Below are positions 1 through 14,494 of a DNA stretch of 64,000 nucleotides, piece by piece; the first letter of the stretch is position 1; each line of letters opens with the position of its first letter. Origin of the DNA: Octopus vulgaris (lineage: Eukaryota); the NCBI GenBank assembly GCA_951406725.2, contig OX597815.1:149358001-149422000 (forward strand), given 5' to 3'. The position numbers and the translations under genes are program-made. The notes beneath the pieces were generated by a model. That model ran no database searches, had not been told where the DNA came from, and was given only the letters and a program-made list of their open reading frames with translations.

Positions 1-57
1 CTTCTTCTTCTTCTTCTTCTTCTTCTTCTTCTTCTTCTTCTTCTTCTTCTTCTTCTA
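1..57. repeat. (CTT)n microsatellite, truncated by window edge
   Basis: Pure CTT repeat visible directly. Confidence 0.98.
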
Positions 58-360
58 CTTCTCCACCCCCTACCCCTTAAGTTTGTCACTAATGTTTTTT
101 AGTATAACACCTACGCTAATTCTATAAACAATCCTGAATTGAACTGAGACTGCCATACTGACCATTATACGACCATATATTCTCCCACCCCCTTTCCTCA
201 CCATACTACCCTACCAAGAATATATATGTCAGAGAAAGGCAGAATGCCACTTAAATCTGAACACTACTATAGAAATATTCTTTTAAAAAACTTTCTTCTA
301 TAAATTTATATATATGTTCACTATAAAATTATTTTAGCATTTTCTATTTTTTACTTGTTT

Positions 361-364
<4 letters not shown>

Positions 365-410
<46 letters not shown>

Positions 411-473
411 GTATGTATATATATATGTATATATATGTATATATATATATATATATATATGTGTTTGTGTGTG

Positions 474-512
<39 letters not shown>

Positions 513-556
513 GTACATATATATATATATATATGTGTGTGTGTATGTATGTATAT
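365..556. repeat. (TA)n/(TG)n compound microsatellite
   Basis: Directly visible; source of the IYIYIY ORFs. Confidence 0.97.
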
Positions 557-1104
557 TAGGTGATGTAAATTTCCACCTGAATGTGCTCAGAATTATGTAT
601 CTTCTCACGATGGGTGTTATTGATTTTTATTTGCAAAGTAATAATTTCACTACAAAAGAAAAAATACACACTTAGAAGTCCAATCGATTACTAAATATTC
701 CTTGAAAGCAATCAATAAATTATGAAAGCAAAGTTAATAATCTATTTCTTACTTTTGGAGAGTAAATTAATAGGAACAGAGGATCTGTGTTGAATACACT
801 GCAATGCGAATGACTTCACAATTATTTTACTTCAATATGTTGAGTCGAGGTCGGGGAATTGATGTAAGTTTAATTTTAACTTATACGCACGCAAACACAC
901 ACAGACACACGCGCGCGCGCACAGCACGCTGGATATATATACTTATATATCATGAATGTATTTGTGAGAGATAGTGTATGCGTGGGTGGGGTGTATGCTT
1001 ATGCGTGTGTATATATGTATAGCAGTACCTGATGATATAAACTCGCATTCCTTTCAATCCGTTTCTCTATTTCGCTTTCTCTCTATTTAACTATCAATCT
1101 CTCT

Positions 1105-1268
<164 letters not shown>

Positions 1269-1939
1269 GTAATGCTATGCATACATATGTGTGTGTACGT
1301 GTTTAAGTATATACAGAAATCTATTTAAATAATTGTTTTGCATGCAATGCCAAATCTTTGTTCCAAACATGTTGATAATTTCTCAACTAATTTCACTTTC
1401 TAGCCAATATATGCTAGAGATCTACAGAAAATTAAATCGCTAAATAGGGACTGCAATATTTTCCCTTGGAGCTATAAGATATCTTCTTATCCGTTAATGA
1501 GGAAGTTTCAATGTTCAGAAATGCTTGCTATTTGCATTTTTCGTTTCCATTAAATTTGGATTTTTCAAACCTTTCCGGAGAACATTGTTTAATGTCTCTT
1601 ATCTTAGCACTAAGCATGTTCTTCGCGGTAAGTAAGGCTTCAACTAGAATATCAAATATAATATAAAAAAGGGGAAAATTATAACTATGATTATTCTCTT
1701 ATAATATATGACTTAAATAATTCCATCTGGGATTGTGAAAAATGAAAGCGCACAAACAATATGTATGTGATACAACTCCAGCAGATTAATCAAGTGCATT
1801 GTATGTGTCTGTTTACCATATAATCCTGTAATTATTTTCAAAGTAGTGTCCATTCCATCTAATGGAATGGTCGATGACAGAAGTGAGATATTCTGAATTT
1901 AACGATTTAAAATTTATCTTCTCAAGTACTTTCCGTATA

Positions 1940-2772
1940 TACATATGATGCAAACATTCCTTAGTCATCAGTTCGCTGACCGGTGTCGTCCACTAGTATC
2001 GTACTGCCACGTGTTGCGTCCTTTGCTTTGCAGTGACACTCCATTATTCGTCGGTTTTGTGATGGCTGAAATCAAGAAACATCGTACATCCTTGTAATTT
2101 TGTTTTCTGCTTAGGAAACGGCGACGTGAACATATGCCGTACTTCAAATAGCTTACAAAGACGCTACCATGAGCAAAACAAAGTTTAAGAGTGGTTTTCC
2201 TGCTTTAGGAATGGTCACATGTTGCTTGAATTCCAACCTCGTTCAGGGTATCCGTCGACCTCCTGAACGAATGAAAACATCATGAAAATTCATGAACTGA
2301 TCTTGAAAGACCGTCACCGAACAATTCACGAAGTCGTTGATATGACTGGTGTGTCTTAGAGGTCCTACCAACGAATTTTGAGCGAGGAATGGTGAATGAA
2401 AAGAGTGGCAGCAAAATTTGTGCCTCACTTGTACAAGGAAGATCAAAAGTAACTAGGAATGAATGCATGTCGTAAACTGAAAGAAGAGTAGGAACTTGAT
2501 CCGGACCTTCTTTTCGAAAGCCATCGCTAGTGATGTAAGCTGGTGTTACAGAATTTGCAGGGGTTGAACAGGTGAAGGAAAAAACCTCAGATGTGTTGAA
2601 AGCATCACTTAGCAGAAGTCCCAGCACTGCTTCGAGCAGTAGAAAACGCGTCTGGACTGATGCATTGCTGCAAACGGAGAACATTTGGAAGGCGAAAAAA
2701 GTGTAAATGTGAAAATCTAAATGAATAAAATAATATAGCAAAATTCCGGTTTCTTTTGGGTACTGCTTTGTA
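1940..2772 (+). mobile_element. Internally deleted, decayed mariner DNA transposon
   Basis: Broken + frames from 2062 give mariner N-terminal HTH motifs (PRSGYPSTS, ENIMKIHELILKDRHRTIHEVVDMTGVS, KRVAAKFVPHL). They jump to C-terminal motifs (QHCFEQ*KTRLD*CIAANGEHLEG). The 3' end TTCCGGTTTCTTTTGGGTAC...TA resembles a mariner TIR. 5' boundary uncertain. Confidence 0.85.
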
Positions 2773-3375
2773 AATAGTTTATTTATATGGGATTAGATAA
2801 GAAAGGGCAGCTCTATTTGTTATATGTATTTCTATATTTTATCTATTGCATTTATTTCATTTATGTTCCTTCAATAGCTCTTCGTGGCTGAAAGGTTCAA
2901 TGTAAGGGCTAGTTTTCATTCCTCTGCTGCAGGAATAGGAAAGAAGCACGAAATTATCCAGTTATCATTGGGCTAAAAAAGAGGTCTTAACGTGTAGCAT
3001 GAAATGAGTACCACTAAAAGCATTTGTAAGCCAACAGTTTTATTAATATTGGCTGCGATTTAAGACTGACACTCAAACTATTAAATGGTGAACCAGACAC
3101 CGTTTTGTTTCACAGAATAATGTGTGAAAACATAAAAATTATTTTGATCTATGTTTTAGATTCGCGAGAAATATCATAACGATTTGATATTCAGGTTAGC
3201 GATATGACTTCAAATCTATATATAAAAAAGTATGTCAATTTTTTCTTTTTTATTCATAAATTTTAGTTTCCTGATAAAAGTACATTATAGAGTATATCGA
3301 TAAATCTTCACTTACAGAGCTAAGATTTGAATTAGATTATATTTATTGATTTTGAACAGATTACTTTGGAAAGGC

Positions 3376-3426
3376 GTATATATGTATATATCTATGTGTG
3401 AGTGTGTGTATTTACATATGTGGTTT

Positions 3427-3469
<43 letters not shown>

Positions 3470-3605
3470 CACACGAATTCGCATAAAAAATCTAGAATCA
3501 AAATTCGAAAGCGAAATACATATATACATACATACACACAACACACATACGCACACACACTCATATATACATATGTGTGTATATATGTACGTATATTTAT
3601 GCGTT

Positions 3606-3637
<32 letters not shown>

Positions 3638-3672
3638 TATGTGTGTATACATATATATATGTATATATACAT

Positions 3673-3703
<31 letters not shown>

Positions 3704-3759
3704 CATACATACATACATACATACATACTTACATATATATATATATATATACATATACA

Positions 3760-3799
<40 letters not shown>

Positions 3800-3810
3800 T
3801 ACGCATACAT
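3376..3810. repeat. (TG)n/(TA)n/(TACA)n low-complexity block
   Basis: Directly visible. Confidence 0.95.
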
Positions 3811-5439
3811 AATTTACACTGGTGATTGATGTTATACTAATAAGGAAATGGCGTGTGAGAAATAAATGCAGAAATGTATTTTTTCTAGCTGTCTCTTAAT
3901 ATATATGAATATATGTAGTTACATATGTACATGAATATATATGTATGCGCTTGTGTTTGCATAGGTATCATACATGTATATAACCATACATATATTTGTA
4001 AGGTTATCTTTGTATCAACACAATCATAATATAAACAAGTTTGTAGTATGTCTTTCGCTTTTCGCAGACGTGGAATTGTATCAGGAATTCCATTAATATA
4101 CGAGACCAATCTGATATCATGTAAATATAATCATAAAAATCCTTAGATGAGTGTATAATGATAAAATTGTTGTTGGTGTGAATGTAATTCATTTTCAATT
4201 TTTTATTTACCTCTAAATGCTATACTAATGTTATACTTAAATTGAGGTACATTACAGGTATATTTTCCCCGGTGTTAAACAAAAAATGTGCTTTTTAAAA
4301 TCTTTTTGGGGTGTGTGCCTTAGGGATTTTCATAAATATCTGATATTATATGAAATATCCACCTCATACGAATGATCTACTATCCGTAACTGTTTTTCTT
4401 TTATTGTGTGAATTTTTCTTGGCATTCTATCAGACTTGCAAATTTCTATTTAATATCTCTAAGGATTTTATGAAATCTGTTAAATTTATCAAGTTTATCG
4501 AAATTTCTCATTTAGAGCAGTAAAATTATAACATATTTTCAAACCATGACTATGTCGAATGGGATTTTCTTTAGTTTTGTTTTTTCTACACTCCTCATTT
4601 TTAAAATTGGTGTTTAAATTTTTTTTAAACAGATCGAAACACACATGAAAATATACACAAATCGAACAGTCTGAAGAATGTTATTCAAATATTAGATAAT
4701 ATATGTTCATTAAAAATTAGTGTCTATTTTCATATCCAGCAAAACATTTTTTGAAATATGTAATTTAACGTTAGTTTATTGCAAACTTTAAACCCACAAA
4801 ACCAACCAACGGAATATGGGAATGTATGCAAACCACAATATCACTTAGAGAAAACCTAACGGCTAATGTGACAAGACGATATATCATTACAGGCATAGAA
4901 ACTTCATGATCTATTTAATAATCTAAACAACGAAATCATAACCAGTAATGACAGTGACGAAAGAATGTAACTGAAACAGAAAGAAACACATATTATTAGT
5001 TTCAAATGTTTGCACAAGGCTGGTAATTTATATAATAAATACTTTACTAAAACCGCAGACATTTATTGATACATAGCACAGGCTATTGAAGTAACATACA
5101 AGATGACAATTAATTTAATGCGTAAAAGAATTTTTAACGAAATGTAATTTTAGTTGCAATTTTTCTTTTACAAGTTTTAAGGAAATGCATTGTATAATTA
5201 AAGGGATAATTTTTATATTATGTCCACAGAAAACAGCACCTTTTATTTCACGGGAGAAAAAATTTTCTTTTGTCCTTAAAGGATTTTACACGAAGTTATA
5301 CAATGATATTCCATTTTTTCTCAGTTGAGAAGCTTCTTCCTAGTCAAAAATAACTGAAAATTTGATGGAATTCTGCTTTACACCGTACCACGTTGTGACT
5401 TTTACGATACTTATTTATATTTAAGTATATAGTAAGCGG

Positions 5440-5720
5440 AGAAAATAAAGCACCTATAGAAATATCTTCGTACATGAGTCAGTGCAGAAGTGTTATTGGA
5501 GACAGGAACGAACATTTTCAGAATTTTGGAGACCTGGACCAAGCAAATCTATATATAACACAGAAGAACAAACTCTGTCTGGAAGGTATTAATTTGTACG
5601 CCAAATCACATGCAAGAGCTGTTCTTACTTGAATCAATCACACATTTTCAGTTTACGGACTCTCAAGCAAAATGTTTCTCAGATACAGTCACGAAAAGGT
5701 GTCCGAGTTTCTGCGCCATG
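5440..5720 (+). mobile_element. Possible highly decayed LINE reverse-transcriptase fragment
   Basis: KLCLEGI...CSYLNQSHIFSL...VSQIQSRKGVR loosely matches the RT segment preceding GVPQG. Weak match by eye only. Confidence 0.25.
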
Positions 5721-7090
5721 GGATCAGCCAAAGAATGGACATTCGAAACTATATATAGGACCTTCTAAAGTCCCTCGGTAATTAAAGTTTATAATAAGGA
5801 GAAAATTAACGAATTGAACCAGTTCACAATATTTTTGCTACTAATGCAAATTGAGAAAAATTAAATCAAAATGACTGAGCAATGTAATTAAAATTTATCG
5901 AAGTATAAAATGTGACAATTTTCAGCAATGTAAGATTATATTATACGGCTTCGATCTCTAGACATGTTTATGTCTTTCGAATGAATTTATTAATATAGTA
6001 AATCAGGCTTAAACAGACACAAAAAATATTATGCCTGTAACAGTCTTGAAACATAATATTTGGATAATAATTATTCCATTGCCATGTTGCGATCAGGTTT
6101 TTTTGACCTGCATGGAAATGCTAATATTAATTTGTGCCGCTGGATCAAATTTCGTACGTTTACATTACCTTAGGATGAAATGTATTGGTATTTTCATACT
6201 TAGCCACATGTCGCAATCATACCCTGGTGACATTTACCATGTTTCACTTATCGTTTTTGATGCCTTCGTAATCGTGAGAAGACAAACTCTCGTCAGATTT
6301 ATATGTGACCCAATGGAAGATCCAAGATATATCAGATGGAAAGAGAGAGAGAGAGACCGAGGGAGAGACACGCAGAGACAGACAGGAAAATACAGCTGTA
6401 TCAGTACTGATTGGTATTCAGTTTTTAAAGAATATATTGAAGAACGTGCAATGAAATCCCAAGCACAAGATCACTCTGCACCATGCAATCCAGGAATTGA
6501 ACACACATACATAGCTCTGACACCTACACACTAAACCACTAGGCCTCTTTTTGAGCATCGGAAAAGAATAAGAAGCATATTGTAAAAGTAACCCCTTATA
6601 ATTTGCAAAAATATATTTCAAGGGATAGTTTTTGTTTCTGTGTATATACATTCATAGTTGATTTTGATAAAATACATTGTATCAATTCCGTGTGTAACTT
6701 GTACGCTTGCTTTAGCTTGTGGTATTAAATTCAAGACTGAATATATTTTTAGCCTTTCTTTATCTTGTGACTATTTCTCGGTCCGTAGTACGAAATCAAC
6801 GAGCGGAAAACGTCGATGTATGTTTTTGTTTATATACTGAAACTTTTAAATCATATAATTCACCAACTAATTATTCTTGAGTATCGTCAAATGAAATCAA
6901 TGTATAAGCAAATATTGTTGAGTAGATAGTAAACAACTATGATCTAATATTGAAAAATAGTAATTAATATGTCATGGTATTAAACATGAAGAGATTCGAC
7001 TTTTAATATACGTCTGAGAAAGGATCCTCTACAATTGATATCTATTCATGTTTTATGTAGGGTCTTAGCTGCTATTTTCAGTGAATGTAC

Positions 7091-8340
7091 TATTAGGTTG
7101 TCGAGTATGATATTGAGGTAACGTATATGGTAAAATTTGACAGCTGCTCATGTTGCTCCATTATTATATTTTGACAATCTTTATTTTTTTATTAGAAAAC
7201 TGACACATATATTTCTTTATTCTAACTCATGTTGCGCTTTATAAAGCATTTATAAGTCGTTTTTTGTTTGATTTTTCTTGTTTAGAGATGGATAACTCGA
7301 AAATTCGTACAGTTTTGAAATATAAATACTTTCTAGGAAATACAGCATCACAGACAACTTGGAATATTAATGGAGTATTTCATTCTAATGTTATTACACA
7401 GCAGATAGTTTTCAAATTTCGTTCTGGTAACTTTGCCTTCACATATGAGCAACGTGGTCGACCAGAAATAAAGGTGGATAATGACGAACTGAAATTCACC
7501 GTCGAGTTAGATCCATCTGAAGGTACCAGTGAATTATGGGTGTTTTTTGATGTTAGCAAACAAACAATACTGACTCACCTAGTTCAAATCGGTGAAGTGA
7601 AAAAGTTGGATAGGTTGGTTCCACGTGAATTCTATGAAAATTAGGAACAGCAACGTTTGGAAGCCTGCATTTCTAGTCCCCAAAATGAATCATTTTTGAA
7701 TCGAATTATAACATGTGATGAGAAATGGATCCATTACAACAACTGTAAGTGTTCAGCACAATGGTTGGACAAAGACGATCCACCCAAATACAGTCCAAAA
7801 TTAAAATACATCAAAAGAAGCTGATGGGGTGTGTTTGGAGGTCTGGCACAGATGTGATCCATTATGATTTCATTAAACATGACTCATCAATCACGGCCCA
7901 AGTACACTGCAGCCAACTGGACTAAATGATACAGAAACGTACATACAAAAGAAGCCTAGATTTGTCAACAGATCCACTCCTATTTTGTTGCATGACAACG
8001 CCAGTCTCCACATCGCAAAAATGACATTGGCGAAATTACAGATGTTGGAGTTAGTTCTCCATCATCCACCATACTCACCTGACCTTGTCTCCACTGACTA
8101 CCACTTCTTCCAGAATTTAGATAACTTTTTTTTTTGATAGGAAAAAAATGAATTCTGACGATGCTGTAAAGTAGGGCTTCCAAGATCTTATTGACTTTAG
8201 ATTACCAGGCTTTACCGTTGAAATAACAAAAGAGTATTGACAATATTGCTGTATACTTTGATAAAGAAAACTATTCCTTGCATTTATAAAACATTAGCAA
8301 ACTTTTTTAATTTTCTACAAATTTCATACTTGACCTATTA
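7091..8340 (+). mobile_element. Near full-length decayed mariner transposon (D,D34D-type transposase pseudogene)
   Basis: ATG at 7288: MDNSKIRTVL...RGRP...KKLDRLVPRE, then past a stop FLNRIITCDEKWIHYNN, LLHDNA, HHPPYSPDLVSTDYHFF (33 residues between the last two D in this copy). Degenerate TIRs TA-TTAGGTTGTCGAGTATGATATT (7091) and AATTTCATACTTGACCTATTA (to 8340). Length about 1.25 kb. Confidence 0.95.
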
Positions 8341-9744
8341 CTATGTATTGGGACTAGCATCTAATCAAATGCATTTAGAGTATTTTAAAGTATAAGGCAA
8401 CAAGTTCTGAATGCCCTTATATCAAGGTCTCACCATGATATTTGAAGGTGTATGTTTCTTCCTTTTACGTGTATGCTTCTTCCTTTATTCCTTCTGGTTA
8501 TTTCATTGAAATGCATGTATCCATTTCATATTTCAACATATTAATACCAATTTTTCGAGCATACTATACAATTTGTACTAACCTTTTTGAACCATAGACT
8601 AAACCTAAAATACATGACCTAGGTGGTGATCTCCGTATTTCCAATATATTCATAATCAAATGCAAATGGATTATTTAATTTATCTAAAATACTATTTAGA
8701 TAAATTCTGAAAATAAAATGTCATCAATGTCACAACATTAAGATTTAGATTTATTCGATAATGTAACTAGTTTGAGTTCATTTTAGTTCAAATCGGATTT
8801 CCTTTATGAATCGACTTTCCTCATACTGTTAACTTATTCTTTACGTTATTTCTTACAATTGATTTTACCGCTTCTACTTCTCTAATCACTAATAGTTTAC
8901 TTCAATATGGACGTAAATACTATTTTATAACGAAACACATCAAAACATTTCTGCTGTGGTTCTTTGCGAAAATGTTTATATTTTCGAAATATAGTTTCAT
9001 AAAGAAAACAAGACGTACATTAAATCTAATTCATTTGAATTCTAATGCTTCACTCGAACAGACTTAACAGAAAACAGAAAGCCTGTATCAATTAAGAATG
9101 AAATCGAAGTAAAAGAAAAGAGTCTTGTTCGGGTTTCTTAGTGCAAAGTAAACAATTAGGAATTTGTTAGAGAACACAAAAATAAAAAAAAAGTCCGTTT
9201 CAAAATTTGACTCCGCCTGCTTTATTCTATGAGTTATTTTTCACAGAGAAATGTTGGACTACATTACAATGATAGGTGTGGTTTCTTGTATAATTATTTG
9301 CTTTCGCTAACAATGAAGTATAATATATGATCGTATGAATCATGCTCTTAAGTTACATTTCTATGGTCTGCATTTTATTCTGATATAAATATTTCTGAAT
9401 CAAAGCCTGCTGGATTCCGATTCCTTTTATTAGACTATCAAATAAACGATATCTGATATATAATTACATTCATTTCTCTATTTGAAAAATTCAAAGATTT
9501 GAAGAATTCATGCAAGGATTAAGTGAAAGATATATGCTAATAATTCTATTTCTTTGAATGCATAAATTGATAAAATGCAACAATTTTTCAATTGGCTACA
9601 ATGGGTCCACTTGAACAAATACAAAATTATCAATAATTGTTAGAATTTCCACTTAGACAACTATTATGTGACTGATCAGATGAATGTGAAATCGATAAAG
9701 TATCGAGGAATTTATACTGAGATTATCATTCCGTTTCGAAAATT

Positions 9745-9975
9745 ATTTTATTGTTTTATCAGTTTGCTCGTCTCAGTCATTTGACAGCAGTCATGCCGAG
9801 ACACAACCTTCTCAGTTTTAGTTGAACAAATTGCTTATTTTTCTCAAGTGTAAAAGTTATTCTATCGCCTCTTATTGCTGAATCGATAGATTGCGAAGCG
9901 CAAACAGATAAACGTCGTTCCTCAAGTGGTTTGTGAAAAAAATACAATGATATTCATGTCCTCACACATGCATAA
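9745..9975 (-). mobile_element. Decayed SINE family B, 3' half
   Basis: TCTCAGTCATTTGACAGCAGTCATGC matches the reverse complement of the family B tail GCATGGCCGCAGTCAAATGACTGAAAC. Confidence 0.55.
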
Positions 9976-9977
9976 AC

Positions 9978-10042
<65 letters not shown>

Positions 10043-10852
10043 GTGATCATAAAAAAGCACAAATATTCTTAAATACAGCTATTCACGTCTGCTGGTGAAA
10101 GTAATAATTATCTCAACATTTTTCAATTTGAGAACAAGACCGTCTGCCAGTTGTCGTTTGAGTTGATGACGTTTATATAAACAAGAGACACTGGTAAGGG
10201 AGAAGATAAGGAGTAAAACATAAGTGAGAGAGATAATCAACGTTTTAAAAATTCCACGTGAAGCAGACGTAAGCATGATGTTAATTGTTTATTAAGTGTC
10301 TGGTCATCTACTTCCAAATTCCGAAAAGATTTATTTATGAAATGCGGTCATTTGATGTCAAAACTGGCCCCTTCGTCATTACGTTTGCAGAGTAAATCTT
10401 CTCAAAAACCTTCTCAAAAACCAGGCCCTATATCAACAGATCCCAAAAATGTCCAGTATGTCCTTTTGAACATCTATATCACTTACAGGACTTCCAACAA
10501 ATGCTTATAGTTGAGGAACTAGATTTGTTCTGCCTGTCAGAAATTTTAGCCATTTTATCTGTAATCATTTCCGAGTTTCATCCTCTAGACAAGTCTTTAA
10601 GTATGCGTTTATATCTCTTTGAACATAAGACCAGTTTTGCATGTTTACCTGTTGTATCTATATTACTACTATCTATCATTATTTGATCTCCATTCCTTGC
10701 TTCGACTATTGGCTTCTTATACTAGACTTTCTCAAAGTGCACACTCAAAGATTTATTCTCTTGCATTCTATCTTATCCATTTCTTCCAGTATCTCTGCCT
10801 TTAACACATACTTTATATACTAGTACCGAAAGTATCAATGATTTCTGGAGTC

Positions 10853-11135
10853 ATGTCTGGCTCATAAGGGCCGGTTTCCCGGTTTCTTTGGCGTATAGGT
10901 TCCCCATTTGGACGGAACGCCGGTTCGTCGCAGGTGAGCTGAAAGATTCAGGAGGAAAGAGTGAGAGAAAGTTGTGGCGAAAGAGTCAGCAGAAGTTCGC
11001 AGTTACCTCCTGTCGGAGCCGCGTGGAGCTTAGGTGTTTCGCTTATAAATATACACATCGCCCGGTCCGAGATTCGAACGCGAGATCCCTCGACCGCTAG
11101 TCCGTTGCTCTAACTACTAGGCCATGTGCCTCCAC
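10853..11135 (-). mobile_element. tRNA-derived SINE family C, tail type 1
   Basis: Minus-strand head GTGGAGGCACATGGCCTAGTAGTTAGAGC...GTTCGAATC with box A/B. Body and tail (AGAAACCGGGAAACCGGCCC) are shared with the copy at 22441. Confidence 0.9.
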
Positions 11136-11571
11136 ATAAAATCAACTTACAGATTAAATAAACCCTAAGAACATGATAGAAAATCTATTATGTTATAACA
11201 GTCTATTATTTTACTATCATTTGCAAAATTTATGCATAATAGTTTGTCTTTCGTGGTCTGACGAAGACGGTTCTACAATTTCTTGCTGAAAATTCTGCAT
11301 TAATGATTTGTTTATACCGATCAAATATTCGTGCCGTACATTAGTTCACTCTCTCAATCAAATCAACATTGCCTGAACAGGTACGTGGTTCAACACACGT
11401 CAAGCAAAGAGAGATGAACTGTTTTCCTCAAGAAAGCGATGCACAACCCGGTCTCTACAATAAACTAACCACTAGGTAATGCATATTCACATACATGTAT
11501 TGTTAATGTCATACTAATAACAATTCCGGTAAAAAAAATTTTTTGTAGGTTATTTTCCCTAATACATTCTT

Positions 11572-11728
11572 TCTATTATAGGCAGAAGGCCTGGAATTTT
11601 GGGTACATTAAACCCACTGCTCAACCAGCACTTAAATCATTTGATCTCGGAAAGATAAAAGGCCAACTCGACCTCGGCGGAATTTGAACTGAGAACCAAA
11701 AGACGCGCGTACAATTCAGCCAGCTCGC
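11572..11728 (-). mobile_element. SINE family A, decayed
   Basis: Contains the family core TCGACCTCGGCGGAATTTGAACT. Confidence 0.8.
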
Positions 11729-12031
11729 AGCCTGAAGCTTCCTAATATGTAAAAGTGCATTTATTGATGCTTATATCCAGAAACAAACAACAATGCATGA
11801 ATTCGTTAACATAAAACTACTAAGGTTTAAATATTTAACTTTATTTTCTGAGTTTATTTTATGTTTGCTTTAAATCTGCTTAGGATATGGTATTCCATAC
11901 ATATAACTTAAATTGGATTTACACTACACCATACACACAAATGTATATATTCATATATTTTTACGTATAATTTCCTGTAAATTATAGTGCGTAACACTTA
12001 TATTTCTCTCATTATATATATCAAAGATGGA

Positions 12032-12240
12032 AAGGCAGCCAGCTGGCTGAAACGTTTGCACGCCGGGCGAAATGCTTAGTGGTATTTCGTCTTTCTTTAC
12101 GTTCCAAGTTCAAATTCAGCCAAGGCCGATTTTGCCTTTCGGGGTCGATAAATTAAGTACCAGTTGCCTACTGCAATCGATCTAATCGACTGGCATCCTT
12201 CGCTTAAATTTTGGGCATTGTGCCTAGAGTAGAAACAATT
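12032..12240 (+). mobile_element. tRNA-derived SINE family A (tail B)
   Basis: AAGGCAGCCAGCTGG head, GTTCAAATTC box B, TTTCGGGGTCGATAAATTAAGTACCAG core, TTGTGCCTAGAGTAGAAA tail. Confidence 0.9.
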
Positions 12241-12251
12241 ATATATCAATA

Positions 12252-12631
12252 GTAGAAGTGCAATTGTCTGGTGGCTATAACAAGGGACTCGCGGTCGTAG
12301 GATCGCAGTTTCGATCCACAGACTGAGCGTCGTGAGTGTTTATTGAGCGAAAACACCTAAAACTCTACGAGGCTCAGGTAGGGGGTGGCGGTGAACCTTG
12401 CTGTACTCTTTCACACCAACTTTCTCTCACTCTTTCTTCCTGCGTCTGCTGTACCTGTATTTCAAAGGGCCACCCTTGTCTCACTGTGATACGCTGAAGT
12501 TTCCCTAGAACTACATTAAGTGTACACGTGTCTGTGGAATACTCAGCCTCTTACACGTTAATCTTATGAGCAGACTGTTCCGTTAATCGGATCGACTGTA
12601 ACCCTCGTCATCGTAACTAACAGAGTGCCAC
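12252..12631 (+). mobile_element. tRNA-derived SINE family C, tail type 2
   Basis: GGACTCGCGGTCGTAGGATCGCAGTTTCGATCC head, GTTTATTGAGCGAAAACACC body, tail ending GAGTGCCAC. Homologous to copies at 40602 and 53549. Confidence 0.9.
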
Positions 12632-12699
12632 GAGAATATATGAATATGTTTTTCCACTCAAATTATTATATATTGTTTCAAAATTCCCAGTGAAATTTG

Positions 12700-13500
12700 C
12701 CGGAAACTGTTTACGCTTAGCAACATATTGTTTTAAAATAATAAACAATTAAAATAGTCTTTTTTGTGAAAAATACAATTTATACGTTATTTTCTCCTCT
12801 CTGCGGTTTAGAACTTTCCAATACTGTTGTCGAGAAAAATGCCGTTTGCATTGTTGATAAAGTAATCTTTCTTAATACCGTTGACACTGCGATGACTGTT
12901 TACATTTTGATTCTTTCCTTACTGTTATTAAGTTGCTCCGTATTACATTCCGTGAAGTATAATTACATATTTAATTTTAAAACCATCCAGGTAAAGTGGT
13001 TTGTTTCCAACTGTTTCCTCAGTGGCTCAACCTGATGTGGTTAAATTTTGTTTTAAACTTGCTTTTAATTAATTATTCTCCAGCTTTGTTTTCGTAACTA
13101 TAATCATAACTTTATTTAATTCTTACGTTTCCCTTGCTACATTTAAACATCGTATTCTCTATAATCTTGAAATATAATCCTAATATACCCTCTTAAATAT
13201 CAATAATCTTGTAAATAGAAAATTGTTTCATTGTAGATTTGCAGAAACTATTATTAAACACGCCTTTTGCTCCAGTATGCTAAAACATAACGATGAATAT
13301 CTTACGATATTTTCTATATTAATCCATTAGAATTTCCAAATACAGTTGTCTTCAATTTGTACTTAATATCACCATTAACAGTATCTTTTTCTAGAAAATC
13401 CATTGAGTTATAAAACGCTTTGTTGCTGCAATTGTTCTGCAATTAATTCGCTACGTTCATTTGAAAACTCTGTATCATTATTTTGAAGAGAATTTCCGGG
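12700..13500 (-). mobile_element. Possible very decayed CMC/Chapaev3-like transposase remnant
   Basis: Minus frames give FSNERSELIAEQLQQQSVL, then GILGL...MFKC, then MVLKLN. The order matches Chapaev3 motifs LSKE..ELL.SRL...NLL / LLGLQ.GYTK..CFLC / MSLKIH. Many stops; by-eye match. Confidence 0.3.
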
Positions 13501-13576
13501 GCAGGAAATCCGTCGAGATTACGATACATTTCAGACAACATACATTAATTATAGTGATCTATATTTTATCAACTCG

Positions 13577-13947
<371 letters not shown>

Positions 13948-14494
13948 TAATTATATCAATTAAATTTGCACTCATGAAACTGTCAGATTCATAACAGTCC
14001 TGGAATCAAATTAGTTTTATTTTAAATGATGCTTTTTGTTACTTTAGATCTTCAGACCATTTATAAATTGATAAGAGAATTGAGAGAATGATGAGAATTT
14101 TTCTATTTAAATTCTTAAATAGTTTCTTTTAGTCGAGGCCATTATTGTGTGAAATCCCAAGTGTGTCCGCTGCAATATCACAATTCAATTTACTCTCTCA
14201 AGAAAAGAAAAGCCATAGTTTATAACGCCGTTGTATACACAATATAGCTGACGTGCGACGTAAATATTCATCAAAGTTCAACTGAATTAGGGCTAACTAA
14301 TAGCTAAACAACAGGACAAACAATGGCGGCAAGACTGGTTGCCTAAATACAGAAAAAAACATTTTTGTGGAGAAGCAATACATTCGATCTAGTTTAAATT
14401 TTCACAGAGTTTACTCAGTGCCCAATGAATTTATATAAATAAAATAAAATATAAAAACAAAATTATATAAACAAACAAGCAACATAGTAGATAT

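Noticed and set aside
6031-6534. 167-aa ORF
   Set aside because: No recognisable domain, runs through a GA repeat and probable SINE debris, and has no splice support.
11246-11268. CTGACGAAGAC motif
   Set aside because: Only a small hairpin, with no downstream GAAAC/stem arrangement.
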